Below, one piece after another: positions 1 through 21,597 of a DNA stretch of 64,000 nt. A program made the position numbers and the translations under genes. The notes below the pieces were generated by a model, which saw nothing but the letters and a program-made list of their open reading frames with translations, had not been told where the DNA came from and did not search any database. The stretch is from Auanema rhodensis (taxonomy: Eukaryota; Animalia; Nematoda), in assembly GCA_964057225.1 (NCBI GenBank), contig OZ059898.1:3844001-3908000 (forward strand). Reading direction: 5' to 3'. Position 1 is the first letter of the stretch, and every line of letters begins with the position of its first letter.

Positions 1-2108
<2,108 letters not shown>

Positions 2109-2315
2109 AGTTTCTGGAGGTTGTGTGCATATTGTGTATTTTGTTATCAATGCAATGTTTGTTAACTTTTCTTGTTACCTTTTACGCGGTAAATATTTAT
2201 AGTTAGTTTTTATTTGTATAATAGGTTGCTTCCCTCTATTTTAATCCCGTGACACGGTAACTAACACATGGTAGAACCTAGGGTACAACAATAGAGCAAT
2301 GTTTAATGAAAACAG

Positions 2316-4966
<2,651 letters not shown>

Positions 4967-5127
4967 TTTGTATGAATAAATTAAATTAAAGTGTGTGTGT
5001 TTTCTAATATGTATGATGTATCCTTGTATATAATATGTAAAACATGATCGATGTATATAGCATTTTGGGATATTAGCCCCTTATTTTTAATTTTTTTTAA
5101 ATGTATTTATATTAATTTGGTTACAGA

Positions 5128-7288
5128 ATGTCAAAATCTGAAAAGAAATGGGCAGTAGAAGATTTTCAAGTTTTTCCTCTTTATGTTTTATTAATTTAGT
5201 TTGTTTTATTGTAGGCCCTTAAACAAGAATTGATTTCGAATCCGAACGAAGCTCACTACATTAATGTTTTTAAACAGCTTATAGAAATCAAACAAGATCA
5301 TATTGACAGGTATTCTAGAATATCCATATTTGTGTTATTTTTTCCAAGTGATTGTTGGTTGGATTGCAAAGATCTCATTAAATGTTTATTAAAACAAAAC
5401 TGTTTTATAAATATGTTGGAGAACGAACCAGTAAGTAGGACAGTACTAACAAAAAGCAAATCAACGTAATTTTAGGAGCTGTTTAGAAGTGCTATCGAAG
5501 TTGCTCCACCTTTGGTTATCAGAGCAATAGTGGAGATGATTATTTCGGACCATTCAGTTTGTTTTGTTTTTGTGTGAGTATTAGAGAAGAATATTTTAAT
5601 AGATATATAACACTCTGACGAATTCTATCTGCTTCGCTTTTTTAGAAAGGATGAATGATGCAGAAACATCTGAATACGTAAAATTTGAGAACTGACTTGC
5701 TAACCAATAAAATTATTCTAGATTTCCACTTTAATCGCTCGACTTTGCACGAGGTCTGCTATGATTGACCATTTGCTTGATCAATTTGAAAAGAATATCA
5801 TATCTGATAAAAAGTTCAATTTCTATCAGGTTAGCAAAATAACCTCTTTTGTTGTTATTTTTTTAGATTTTACTTAGCTCAATACAATCTGGTACTTATG
5901 ATGAAAAGCTTTCACCAATATTCAGAGCTTTGAAAAATGAGATGCAAAGTAAATATATTATTTTTTCTAAATTACGGAGTAGGTCATAGGTTCTGATGTG
6001 TTGATGAGCTTAGCAGCTTTTGATATACTGTGTGACATAGCTATCTCGGGTGAACAAGGAGCTGAACTACTTATTGAATTTGATGTTCCGCAAAAGGTTG
6101 GATCTTCGTTAAAAAGCAAGCAAATATTTTTGTAGGCCTATGAAATCATGACGTCCAGTAGAGAATCGCCTGACGGAGGTTTTCTATTTTCTTGTAATCT
6201 TTTTTGTTTTGTTTTGTTTTCATTTATATTTCTATTTACAGCAGCGATAAAATTTTTTGGTTGCCTATGCCGTTGCCATCCCGAAGCTTTGATTAAGTTC
6301 AGTGAATTTCTTCCAATGATATCACACATGGTTTGTTCACTAATAATTCTGTTAGTTAGGTTATTTAGATAGCAAATTATGATTTATTGGATGCTAGCCA
6401 AAGAGTATTGGTCGTGGAAACATTTTGTCATGCTTCTTTTTCAAGCAAAGGAAAAAACATAATTTCTGAGCATTATGGTAGGCTTCTTATCCTAAAGCAT
6501 ACGATATTTACAAAATTATACTTTAACATATCTAAATTATATCTATTTCCATGATTTAAATTTATTCCTAACGTTTAAGTAATGGATTCATTTCAAAAAA
6601 GTTAAGATTCGAATCTAAAATCCGTTTGTTTTAATTAGTTTATGTATTATTAAGTGATATTTTTTTGAATTACAAATATTTCATATATCAAAAATTCTAT
6701 CTGTTCAAAAATGATTCTTCTCTTATTAGGTACTTTTCTCCCTGTGATTCTAAAATCTATTACAAATGCTTTAAAAACTGGACCAACCGAGTTGAAGGCA
6801 AGAACTTTGGATTCGTTAGCAATTTTATTGCAAAATGGTCTTTTAAATTTGATTAATATTAAATCATTATTGAAATTTGTAGGCGAAGATATATTATTAA
6901 ATAAATGGTTCAATCTTTTGGAAGGATTAGTCGAAGCGCTGGATTCGTTTCTATTAATGCCTTTCCGTGATACAAAGCGTGCAAGCTTAAATGTTCTGCT
7001 GGTATTAGCAACCCGTGATTTCGCCGTTCGTTCCTTGTTTACTCCCAGAAGTAAAATAGAAGAGTACTATTTAAAAGTTGTAATAAATACAAAATTAATC
7101 GTTTCAGATTTAAGTTATTCTTAACTACTACCGAGAGTGAAAATGATTGGGAAATTTACAAAATTAAACAAGACTTTGTTCAAGAATTGCTCAATAGAAA
7201 ATATTCATTTATTGATCCTACACTTCTGGAAAATTTCAAAATTCTGTTAAATGGCTATAAATACGAACCTCAAATAGCCATTGATTAG
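5128..7288 (+). CDS. 26S proteasome assembly chaperone PSMD5 (S5b)-like ARM/HEAT protein
   Basis: Spliced ORF of ~12 exons with motifs typical of PSMD5 (SDVLMSLAAFDIL, SRESPDGGFLF, AIKFFG, MPFRD); ATG follows a ttacag acceptor. Confidence 0.7.
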
Positions 7289-7443
7289 AATAATTCATAT
7301 GTCTAATCTCGTTGAATAAAATTGATTAATTGAAATATTACATATCTCGGTAATCTCAGTCATGCACATGCTTTGTTGCACTTGGTATTTTTTTCTCAGT
7401 CTATTTATTATCAATTGTATTTTTAAGTATTTGAAATTGTGCC

Positions 7444-10400
7444 ATGAGGTGTCTTTTGGATTTCTCGATAGTAGATACTGAAACTGGGGTCGAAATTGCA
7501 AATGATTTAAATGCTGTAAGAATTAGTCTGGTACATTTTGCGTAATTATATCATAGAGACGCATCTGGAATAATCTATTGGAAATCATTAAAGAAGGAGA
7601 GCTGTTACTCATTGATCATCCTCGTTCGGTAGAGTTAATATTCATTATTCACGTGTAAGTAACAACTATCCCATTGAAAAGTATAGTATTGGTTCAGTTG
7701 CTTAGAAAGGGGAATACCATTTTCATTTGATATTTCCTATGATATCTCCTTTGTCAAGCCTTGCTGGGTACTTAAGCATGGTCAACTTCACCAGTACGAT
7801 GAGAACGCAGAATCTAGCAAGAATATTTGTTACAAAATTTGTACTTCCGGTACAACAGGATTGCCAAAATTTATTTCTGTGCATAATGACTGCATCTGGC
7901 CCAACATTCAGGATTTCAGGTTTGCTTATATACAGCGATTTGCTGTATGAATACCAACATAGTTTGGTGTGAATATTCAGAGAGAGGTTTGGAATATCTT
8001 CAAGTGATAAAATATTATTTCTAACTTCTATTCATTTTGATCCATCTATCATCGAGTTGTTTACTTCTATGGAAACAGGTAAATTTAAACATGGACATAT
8101 GTATGTCATTATGTTAGGTGCTAATCTGATACTTGTTGCCGATGATATCAGATCAAAGCCGGCTCAATTAGGGGATATTATTATAAAATATCGACCGAGT
8201 ATTGTACAAGTTAGTAACTCTATATTACTTAGTGTATTCTCAGTTTTTTGGAATATATAGATGACTCCTGCATTGTTATCTCTCCTTTCTGATGATGTGC
8301 TAACGTTTATGCTAGGAGCGTTATCTTCAATAAGGATACTCTTAATAGGTGGAGATATGGTATTTTTTATTTCTATGAAATGTCACTAGCTAGGCTTTTT
8401 AAAGTTTCCATTGTCCCTCGTGAACCGATTTCGCCATGCATTATGTCCTACTAGAATATTTGACTGTTATGGAGTCACAGAAGTATCCTGTTGGGCTACA
8501 GTTTTTGAAATTTGTTTTGGATGCAAAGAAATTGTGTTGGGAGAAGCGATTAAAAATACAAACTTATCTTTATCTGAAGAGCAGGAACTTATCATCGGTG
8601 ATAAATTACTACAATTATTGATATTAATGCTCTTAGGTGGATCGCGATCTTCATGCTATATCAACGGCAACAAAATTAACCAGTGTTTCACCGGAGATCT
8701 AGTAAAGATTACTTCGTGTGGTTGGCGTATTCTCGGAAGAAAAGATAATCAAGTAAATATTTAAATGAGGGTGTATTGACAAATTAATTAGATAAAAATA
8801 AGAGGAGTACGTTGTCATCTTGATGGCATGTTGGGCAGACTTTGTGAACATTTTAAGCATATCCGAAATGGAAAATTAATGGTGTTCAAAAAGGTTATAT
8901 CAGGGAATGATTAGTTCTTATTCATTTTTTCCAGGAGTTTCTTATTCTTTTTCTTGTTTCTAATAAACGAGTAAGCATTGAAGACATTGCGTCAGTTTTC
9001 CCTCAGCAGTTATTGCCAGCTCAAATATATTATTTGGATTCCCTGCCTGTGACCGGAAATGGTATAGAACAGAAAATTAAATTCTATTTATTTAAGTTTG
9101 AGGTAAAATCGACTTAGCTGTTTTGAAAAATCTTTGTGGAAGAGTTACAAATTTTAACGATTCGGTAGAAAGCTTTTTGAGCAAGCGAAAAATTAAAAAA
9201 GAAGATATTGACAGGAAGTCGTTTAAGCATTATGGTATTGTTTTCACATTTTGCTTTGAAACGATCTCTCTCAGGTTTAAATTCTTTGGATGCAGCTGAA
9301 CTGGCTTTACTTTTGGGATCTCCGGAAGCTTTAAAAGATATTTTGACAACAGATGACAGTATGCTGACAGTGTTGGGAAGATATCATGTTTTGTTGTTGG
9401 AAAAAAAAGGCTAGTATTTTCATTTAAAATAACTGATTGATTATTTATTTTAGTTTTTATTTCAAAATGTCAAGCTATCCAAATTCCATTCAAACCTTAT
9501 CAACTAATTAGTGCATATAATCTTAAAAAATGTATTGATGGTTCTCCCATCATTGCGAGGTAAAACAAAATGTCAAAATGCCTTCTACTTACTATTTATC
9601 CAATAGAGTGGCCGATGAAGATGTGGTTATCGCTTCTGCTCATTCTGGTATTGTAACGTGTTTATCTATACCTAATTTTTTCATGAAATGGGAAGTTCGT
9701 TTTGTGTTCTTTACTATGATTTACCTTATTTTTTAAAGATAAATTTGAATACCCGAATAGAAGCATCTCCTTCTTTTTATAAGTTTTACGTTTGTATAGG
9801 TAAGAGGTAAACATGTTGCAATTTAACATATTTTTAGGCGGGTTCAACAGTAATGTTTACTTTTTAAATGTAATGAATGGCGAGATTCTCTGGATATTTT
9901 CTTGCAACGACGTTTTAAAAGGAAGTGCAGTGTTCGATTATAGAGGAGACGCGTACATAGTATCATACGATTCATTTCTATACAAGCTGCAACCAGAGGC
10001 AAATGGCTTTATCTTCCAAGAGAAGAAAATACCTTTATTTCTAGAGAAAACGTTTGATATGGTCTTACAAGTTGAGTAGTGGTTCATCTGCTTCCCCTGT
10101 ATTAGTTTGCTCCGAATGTTATATTATTTGCACAACTATTAAAGGGACCGTGGAAATTATAAATTCAGTTAGTTGCAAATATTTAAGAGTCACGCTTACT
10201 TTGTTTAGAATACTGGAAATTTAAGTTTTTCATATAACGCTGGTGCTCCTATATTTTCTTCAATCAGTTTTTCTCCCAAGAAAGATGAATTTTATTTATC
10301 TACTGTGAAAGGATCTGTTCAGAAAATAGAGCTTGCTTTAAAACATAAAGTAAATGGTTTTAACTATTTGAAAATCATTTGTACGCTAAGCGAAGAGTAT

Positions 10401-11111
10401 ATATTTATGTCTTGAGCGCATAACTGAACAAAATTGTCTGATGATCATTCACATGTCACCTCATAATTTTATCCTTTCCACATACGTCAATTCTTTCGCG
10501 CGGAACTGCAAATGAAACGTCTCTTGAGTCTGTAGTCACGCGCGCGCGGAACAGGAAGTAAAAAAGAAAAGTCTGTGAGCTTGAAACTTAGGATTTCTGT
10601 TTTGTAAAAGATAATACTTGAACCCATTTGTAGACTGCTGAAATTGACATAGGAGAAGCAATTTTTTCTTCACCTTTTCTTTACAATTCAACTGTTATAA
10701 TCAATACTCAAAAAGGCAGTATTTTCATTTTAGATTCAAATTTGATTTATTTACGGTATGCTTTTGTTGTTTCAATATTTCTATTGAATTATTTAAGCTC
10801 GGTGGAACTAAGAAACAATTCTTTTGTTAAATCTGTTTTCAATTATTCTGAAAAAGAGTTTGCTATGATCAGCACTCGGGGACATCTAATTACTTTTAAA
10901 AAATCAGTGTGTTGGTTTGTAATTTTACTATTCCTTTCGTAATACTATTACTTTCAGTGACCTCTCAAGCCAATCACAAACTTTCATATTTCATTATTGC
11001 CAGCTAGCCGTTGGTCAAATATTCTCACATCCGTGCTTGACTTCTAACAACAATGCCTGTTTGCTCGTTATTGGAAGTCGTGATGACTGGCTACGGTGTT
11101 GGCGAAAATAG
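7444..11111 (+). CDS. AASDH/ACSF4-like NRPS-type protein (adenylation domain + carrier domain + PQQ-like beta-propeller)
   Basis: CTSGTTGLPK (AMP-binding), FDPSIIELF, YGVTEVSCW, FTGDLV, GRKDNQIKIRG, LPVTGNGKID; carrier-like GLNSLDA; propeller repeats KCIDGSP, AIFSSPF; ends IGSRDDWLRCWRK*. Confidence 0.9.
10405..10520 (-). ncRNA. Candidate box H/ACA snoRNA, antisense within the long AASDH intron
   Basis: Hairpin, then H box ATAAAA (10467-10472), then hairpin, then ACA (10408-10410). The upper stems lie 15 and 14 nt from the H and ACA boxes. GC-richer than flanks. Confidence 0.5.
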
Positions 11112-11678
11112 TATGTATTTGAAAGAGAATCGATCACGAAAAGCCCTAGAGGAGGTGGAAGGCGGAGTTAAGAGCTCCTGGTGTTCCGTGATTATTCTTC
11201 GTGCATTTCTCTTCACTTTCTTCTCTCTGCTAACAAGATATTTTCACTCTTTCTCTTCAATTTCTTTTCCTTTATTTTCTTTTCCCGTGTTTTCAGTCTC
11301 GCACTCACCACGTTTTGGGCGTGGTTTTGACCGTGGGGAGAGTTATAGGGGGCGTGTATTTGAGTCCATCCCTTCCGCGCGGATATGATACAGCTGAACC
11401 ACAACCATATAGTTCTACAGGACAAAACCCTTCTAAGCATGGGGCCTCGTGTCGATGAAAAAGTTGGTTTACTCTATTCCGTCATGAACCAAATTTTGTT
11501 TGTTTCGTTTTAACTATATTGTTTATAAAATAAAAGTGTTCAACTAATGGTTATTTTTTACTTTCAAATATATCTAGTAATTTAAATTTGAGTTATTAAA
11601 ATTATTAATGAAGTTCTGTTCATTTCGTAATGTATATAAAAAACCTATGAAATTCAGCCTCAACGGTTAGAGGTTAAA

Positions 11679-14854
<3,176 letters not shown>

Positions 14855-15942
14855 GTTGCTTTAATTTTTTTTGAATGTAATATAGTGTAATTCACCTTGT
14901 TTTCTCTGTAATATACTGGCAATCATCTGTGATCTTAAAACATGTTAGCAGCAAAGATAGAAGTTGATGGGTTAAATATTGAATCCAATGTGCAAGTAGG
15001 CTTAAATGAAAGCTGCATTACAGACGCTAGCTCTTACATTTACTTGTAGAACCAATGGTTCATTGAATGTATTATTTTAGTCATTTAAATAAGATTTATT
15101 TATTAAAAGTATAAAGCCTTTGTTTATAAACACCTTGAAATATTTTCTCTTCTCATTCATATAAAATATATAACAATTGAAGTATATATCGATAAAATTC
15201 AGATATCTAAGAACAATCAATTCTGATAATCTTCTGTTAAACTAAATTAAAAATAATTAAATAATTATTACTAAATCTTTACTGAAACCGTTTTATGTCA
15301 CAGGTAGAAAAATTTAAAATATCTATTGGAGGTTGTCCAATTTTCGTTTTTATTTTCAAATTTTGATAAAAGATAACATTAACAAAAAAAAAATTTATTA
15401 CTATACCAGTAGAACAAATCATACTGCTGTTTTATATACATATATATTCTTTATTTTGAAAAGCTATTCACTAGTCGTTTGACCACTACTGTTTATTAAT
15501 ATAACTTCATCTAATTAGTCTAAGTGGATATAGTTGTATCAGATTATATCTATTTTCCGAACTTTTAATGATACTTTTAAAAATTGGAATCAGTGAATCA
15601 GTTTTGTGTCTTCTTCTCTGCGCCTAGTTACTTTAGTTCCACCTTTTGACCTTTCTAAATTTAGAAAAAAATGAGCGAATGTCTATTGTAGTAAAGTTGA
15701 TACCAAGCAAGCGGTGGTACAGCAAAGACACTGTACGCATGCAGGAAGATGTTAAGAATTCTCTCAGTAAAACTGATATTTATCTGATACGTCACCCAGT
15801 AAAGAATGAAAAGAAACCCAAGTAATGGTATTACATTTGATTGTGCGGTTTCTCGGCCTTTTCATAACCGTTTCATATGTTTAATTTGATTTCTTCAGGT
15901 GTTAAGTGCACTTATCTTAATTATTCATAAACACGCATTTTT

Positions 15943-16955
15943 ATGTTGTTTATACTGCTATTTTTTATCCTACCATCAAGATCTATACAGGTTAGAAATT
16001 ATTTCGAATATCTTAGCTTTTTTTTCGTTTATATATTTTTTTGATGTCATTTTTACGGGCTGACTTTAAAGTTTTTGTTTTAAAGTTAAAAGAAAATGTA
16101 CATAAGTATAGGTCACCAAAAAACTTAACGATTTCAATTATTAAGTTAAACAGTTTTATTTAGGATCCACCGCATGTTGGCCGATATTGCGCTTCATATC
16201 GCATGAACTATGAATTCTATTGTCATGGAATATGGACAGATCATAAGTTCATGCAAATTGTGAAAGGTCATAGTTTAAGTAGTGTTATGAAGTTTTGTAA
16301 AAAATTTGAAGGAACATGTGTAGACCGCAAAACGTGAGTATTTGATAACAATTGTCCTATTGTTTGAATGAGATTTTCTTAGAGCTTGAGTGAAAATTTG
16401 AATCTTCAATATTTAGGGCAAATGAAGATACTAGGAATCCGTTACGTAAGACATCCGAACAGGAAATTAAAAAAAAAATGAAGTCCATGTCCTATGAACA
16501 AATCATTAGTCGTGTAAGCTACTTTTAAAAAAAATACATTTATATGTTTATAAATTTTAGTTATCAGATATAATACCATGCTCTCCTGAATGTGATGTGC
16601 GTATTCATGCGCATTGCACACGTGAATGTAAATGTGATTATGATTATGAGATGTGGATACGCTACTGTGATCCACCTGCCATAAAAACTCTCGAGAAAAC
16701 GTGCAGGTTCCTCGGAGGGTCATTGACAAAAATATTATTTTTTTTTCTTGCAGTATCATGCTTCAGACGTGCCCAATGTATATTCAATATATGCAAGAAG
16801 AGTCATCCGATTCAGTTGAGAGAGCTAAAATGGAAGGTATTGCTTAGTTTGTTTTTTCAAGTTTATCCAGATCTTTTCTTTATCTTATAGACCTTTTTAT
16901 AGAAATTGAAGATCTGGATTCTGAGCGGCGTTATTGGTACCAACGTTTGGGATAA
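15943..16955 (+). CDS. Small secreted Cys-rich protein (one YC..Y..YC..FC..C repeat plus PCxPxCD..HxHCTxxCKCD domain)
   Basis: Signal peptide MLFILLFFILPSRS; 6 exons with GT-AG introns; domains match the neighbouring larger gene. Confidence 0.75.
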
Positions 16956-17615
16956 ATGTTTTTGAATGTGTTTATCATATGAATTTTGTACTAACTATTC
17001 ATTTCATAAAAATAAGTTATGCAATTATATAAGAATGATACCTTTCAGATAAATTTTGTTTCAAAATCTCATGAATGTTTAGTGTAGTAGCATTAATTTT
17101 TTTGTGAAAAACACGTTTGAGTCTTACCGGAAATATTTCTGTCGAAATTGATGAACATTTTCAAGATGATGTTAAATAGGGAGTCCAATTTCTGGTTGTC
17201 TTTTTCGTCATTATCATATGACTTTGTAAAATTCCGGATTCTTTTTTTTTGGTTTGTTATCGGTATACAACGATCATGATTCTTTTAAGTACATAACATT
17301 TTATCATAACATCTTAGATCAAAAATTGAGTAATTAATCGTACAACTCAGATAGTTCCAACATCCACGAATTAGACCACCTGCTGTCAATCTGACTGGTA
17401 TTCGGATGCCATAATGACGATAATAGCTAGCAGAATTGTCATTGTGTTTCAGTTGCAACCGCTATCAGTTGTACTTTCAAAGTTTTGCTGAAAGCGTTTG
17501 ACAGTCAGATTCATTTCTTAAATTTTCACAAATTCCCTAGTAATAGTACTTTCTTCTTTGTATAATTTATGCATATATCTTCAGCATATTATCATTGGAT
17601 GACAACACTTCAGAA

Positions 17616-19922
17616 ATGCGAACATTACTTTGTACATCGTTGATTCTATCGCTTTATTATAATGTGACAAATTCAGGTAATATATTTCCATGAGCTGAAA
17701 AACAATATTACTTTAATCTTTACTTCGGAAAAAAATCTCTTTACAGAACTTTTTACTCAACCGGCATGTAAGAATTCACAAAACTTAACTTTATGCTCTG
17801 AAACATCTGGTATCCTCATATTAAGTGTCCAAGTTTATAATTTTTTCTTAGACAATCGAAAATCAACAACTGATGAAATACTATTCAATAAGGAAAATAG
17901 TACTGATAATATCAAAGATTGGCTTCGAGTATTCCTTGATGTAAATTTTTAAAATGTTTAAATATCACTGGCATTGAATTTTCCAGGAAAGTACTTCTGA
18001 TGATGAAGATGGAGAACTAACAAATCAAAGGCACAATCACACAAATATACAAACGTATTGTTTGAAATATAATGTAAAAATTGAATTTTCAAAACACTTA
18101 TCAGTTTTTGATTCAGCATAATTTTCATAATTACTGTTCATCTGATCGAATCGAAGAACTTGAAGGAGTATTGTCAACTTTTTGTTTATACTATAAACGT
18201 ACTTGTGATATTGCTGATATAACAGTTGATAAAGCACCTGAAGAGAAAGGAAAAACGTGGGTTTAATATCATACACTACAGAAATATTTTCCAAATATCA
18301 GCGATTTCCCACACCCGCCTCCTTTCACTCAGGAATTTCACATTTCTAAAGAATTCACAGCCGATGTTGATCCGAGTAAATCTATTTTTTCTAAAATATT
18401 CATTTTTTATGCAAATATTCAGTTAAATCGTCGCAATACTGTCAAAGGTTTTCATCAAAGTTTGGCGAAAGATGTGCTGAATCCACTTCAAAATCAGATG
18501 ACTTTTGTACTTCTTACATGGAAAACTGTAAAAGCCTGAAACCTGTTAAGCATTTTCAAGAGAGGTAAAGAAACACATTAAAATTTCCAATTCATTTATG
18601 TCATAGTTCAATTGAATCTGAAGAATTCGAACTACCTCCTGAGGATGATCATAGTTTAGAGGAGAATACAAACAACAAGAAAAGTTCAATCGAAGGACAA
18701 GCATCAGATACCGTAATAAATTTCGAAGTTTTCCATATTTTCGTTATTTTTAAGAAACAAGCTGTTTCCGACTACTGTGAACAATACTCGGAAAATTATA
18801 ATTATTTCTGTGCAGGAGAAGCGAACGACGAAAATGCTAAGTTTTGTGCTTCATATGCCTCCAACTGTCCTCAAAAAATTGAATCGTAAGTACTCTTTTT
18901 CAAATAGCTCTCACACTCGGGTTTGATCGGCTAGTTTCATGAATGTTTATTTGTTTGTCTACGTTTAGTTACATGATATTATATTTATAATAAAAATTAT
19001 TCTTTAAATGTACAACTTTAAATGGTTGATGGTTTACTCCATGTTCAGTTTTGTTGTTCTGTTTAAATTGATATGTAACTTTAATTCAAAACAATTTTTC
19101 AAATGAAATAATAATTATTTTCAGATTCAAATCTTCTGGATCATATTTGGGAGATAGAGAAAAGGTATCAAAACTAAAAAAAACTATTTTTGGAAAAAAA
19201 CAATTGTTTATAGTCTGTTCCTGGAACTTCTGTATATCAATATAAGGGAACAAAAAAGGAATATTGCGATAAGTTTTCTGTTAATTATGAATATTATTGC
19301 AAAGGGGATAATCCGGATGTCTCTCCTGACATAACTCAGAAATTCTGCCCTTCTTACCGCAATGTATGCGCAGGATCCAGCGGGTATAACATTTGCTTAA
19401 TTCTTACTTTAATACATTATTTTAGTCCAACCCCAGCCGATCCTTTTTCGGCAAACTCTGGAAAAACAAAAGAAAATAATAATGATCCTGATTTTCCAGA
19501 TTTAGATAACGTAGGCTTGAAACTATTTATTACAAGCGAGGTGTAACCTCATCGTTTCCTTTAAACTATAGTTTCACATTGAAAACAAAAAATTTGCATG
19601 AATAACCATTTTAAATATTGAAGAATAATGAAGTATTGAAAATATATGTTTCGTTTTAGCCAAGCAAAGGTTCTATAAAGAAATCAAGAAGAAGAAAGAG
19701 TAAAAAAGGAAAAAGACTACGCATACCTCGGTGAGTATTTAAAATCTTATTTTATATAATTATTTTATGAAAGGCATCCATGCACCCCGGATTGTGACCA
19801 AAAGAAACATCCTCATTGTACTTCATCATGTAAATGCGACTTCATATATCCTTATGTTCAAAAGTTTTGTAATCCTCCACCTTTACCTCTATTTCTTAAT
19901 ACATGTCGGTAAGTTTGCACTA

Positions 19923-19954
<32 letters not shown>

Positions 19955-21348
19955 CGAATATTTCAAACATTGTTTAGTCTGTGGTATAATGGCTGTCCAA
20001 AATATGAACGATATCATTATGCTTCTCAGTTTGTCTATTCTAAAGCAGAAAAAGGAAAAGTTATTGGTAGGCATAAAGACATATTTCTACCATTCTTAGA
20101 TTTATAAAATTGTAGAAGGCCCTGGAAATACAAAACCCTTCAGTGTTATATCGCCTAATGGTGAGCGTATTCCGGTTGTTTTGAGACAACCTGGCCCGGG
20201 ATCCAGGTTTTTGTTTTTTTCTCTGTAATTTTTATGTTGTTTTCTTAACTTTTTTCAAGATTGAAAGATGATGTAACAATATGGGAATCTGATGAGAAGT
20301 ATACTTACTGAACAAAAACAAATGAATGTATTGTTAATTTAGAATTCGAGAAAGACTAAAGGATGATCCAAGTTTATGGGTATTGGATGATTCACAAGAA
20401 AAACGAAACAAAACACGGTAATAAACCCTTAATATAATAATTTAGCGATTACAAATATTCATATTCGCAACATTCTTTCTTCTATTTAGATACCTTAGTT
20501 GAAAACTTTTTGTTTTGTTTCAATTACTTAACTTTCTTCATACTTAAGACGGAAAAAACAACAGGAATATTTACACAATTTGCCATTTATCAAGTTTTTA
20601 GATGAGGAAGTTAAACAAGCAATACCCAAGTAAGTTGATCGATTAATTACGGTAAAATAGACATTATCAGTTTTCCCATTCCCATTTCTCCTAAAAAACA
20701 AGAACAATCTGATCCAGCTCAACCTGAACTTCTCCATAAGTAAGCCATAATGATACATATGAAGTGAACTTTCAACACCAGTATATTTTTCATTTTCAGA
20801 CAACGTGATAGCGAATTATTTGAAGAAGATGTTCCAAGTTTACCAAAAGATGAAAAGAACAAGTAGGAATATTATATATGAAAATTTTAACTTCTTGAAA
20901 ATTTTTTATGGATGCTGTTCCTGTTGTGCCAAGCGATTCAGTATTTCAAAATGCCATTTCACAGTATGGAGCATTCACGGATAATCGGGGTGTATTACAT
21001 CGACCTAGAAGTCGTTCGCCTTTCACGAAACCTGGTTATTTATATGTTAAATAAAAATATATATAATATTATTTATAGGTCTGTGGGAACCAAATCCAGA
21101 CAATCCGCATAACAGAGATCATGCCAATAAATGGTATTATAATCCAAGATCAGTAAATGTTGACTGGCTTGGTGGTCAGGTATTTAATTCGAGTATACTT
21201 TTTGTAAATTCAATACACATATGTTAAGATTGCTTGGGGTGGTCACTGGGCTGTTCCAGCTGCAGGAGTTGGTGGTACTGAAGGCTTCAGTACCGTTCAT
21301 TTCCCTACTATTGGAACATTTGCTAATATTCCTGATGATTATGATTAA
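17616..21348 (+). CDS. Large secreted Cys-repeat protein (nematode extracellular/cuticle-type; family not identified)
   Basis: Signal peptide MRTLLCTSLILSLYY; four YC-x7-YC..FCxSY..C repeats; HPCTPDCDQKKHPHCTSSCKCD domain; C-terminus GLWEPNPDNPHNRDHANKWYY...IPDDYD*. Confidence 0.8.
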
Positions 21349-21597
21349 ATGGAAAAAATTTAAAAATGCAAGACTTATCATTCTTGTTTAAAATAGGTGT
21401 ACATATATATGTATATATATGTCAGCCATGAATAGCTTATAATGAGATCGTTCACTAGATTAATCAATGTTTTAATAAATATTTTTAATTAGACTATTTA
21501 TTTTTCACATTTATTGAATTAGTAAATTACATGTCAAATACAGACAAAATCAAATATTGCTCTAACTGGAGTTTTGCCACATATAAGTAAAAGTTTT

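Noticed and set aside
7050-7109. Apparent frame break in PSMD5
   Set aside because: Resolved by a canonical donor (gtacta) giving a 44-nt GT-AG intron.
11053-11440. Overlapping 111-aa and 75-aa ORFs
   Set aside because: They overlap the AASDH last exon and a pyrimidine tract, with no recognisable protein features.
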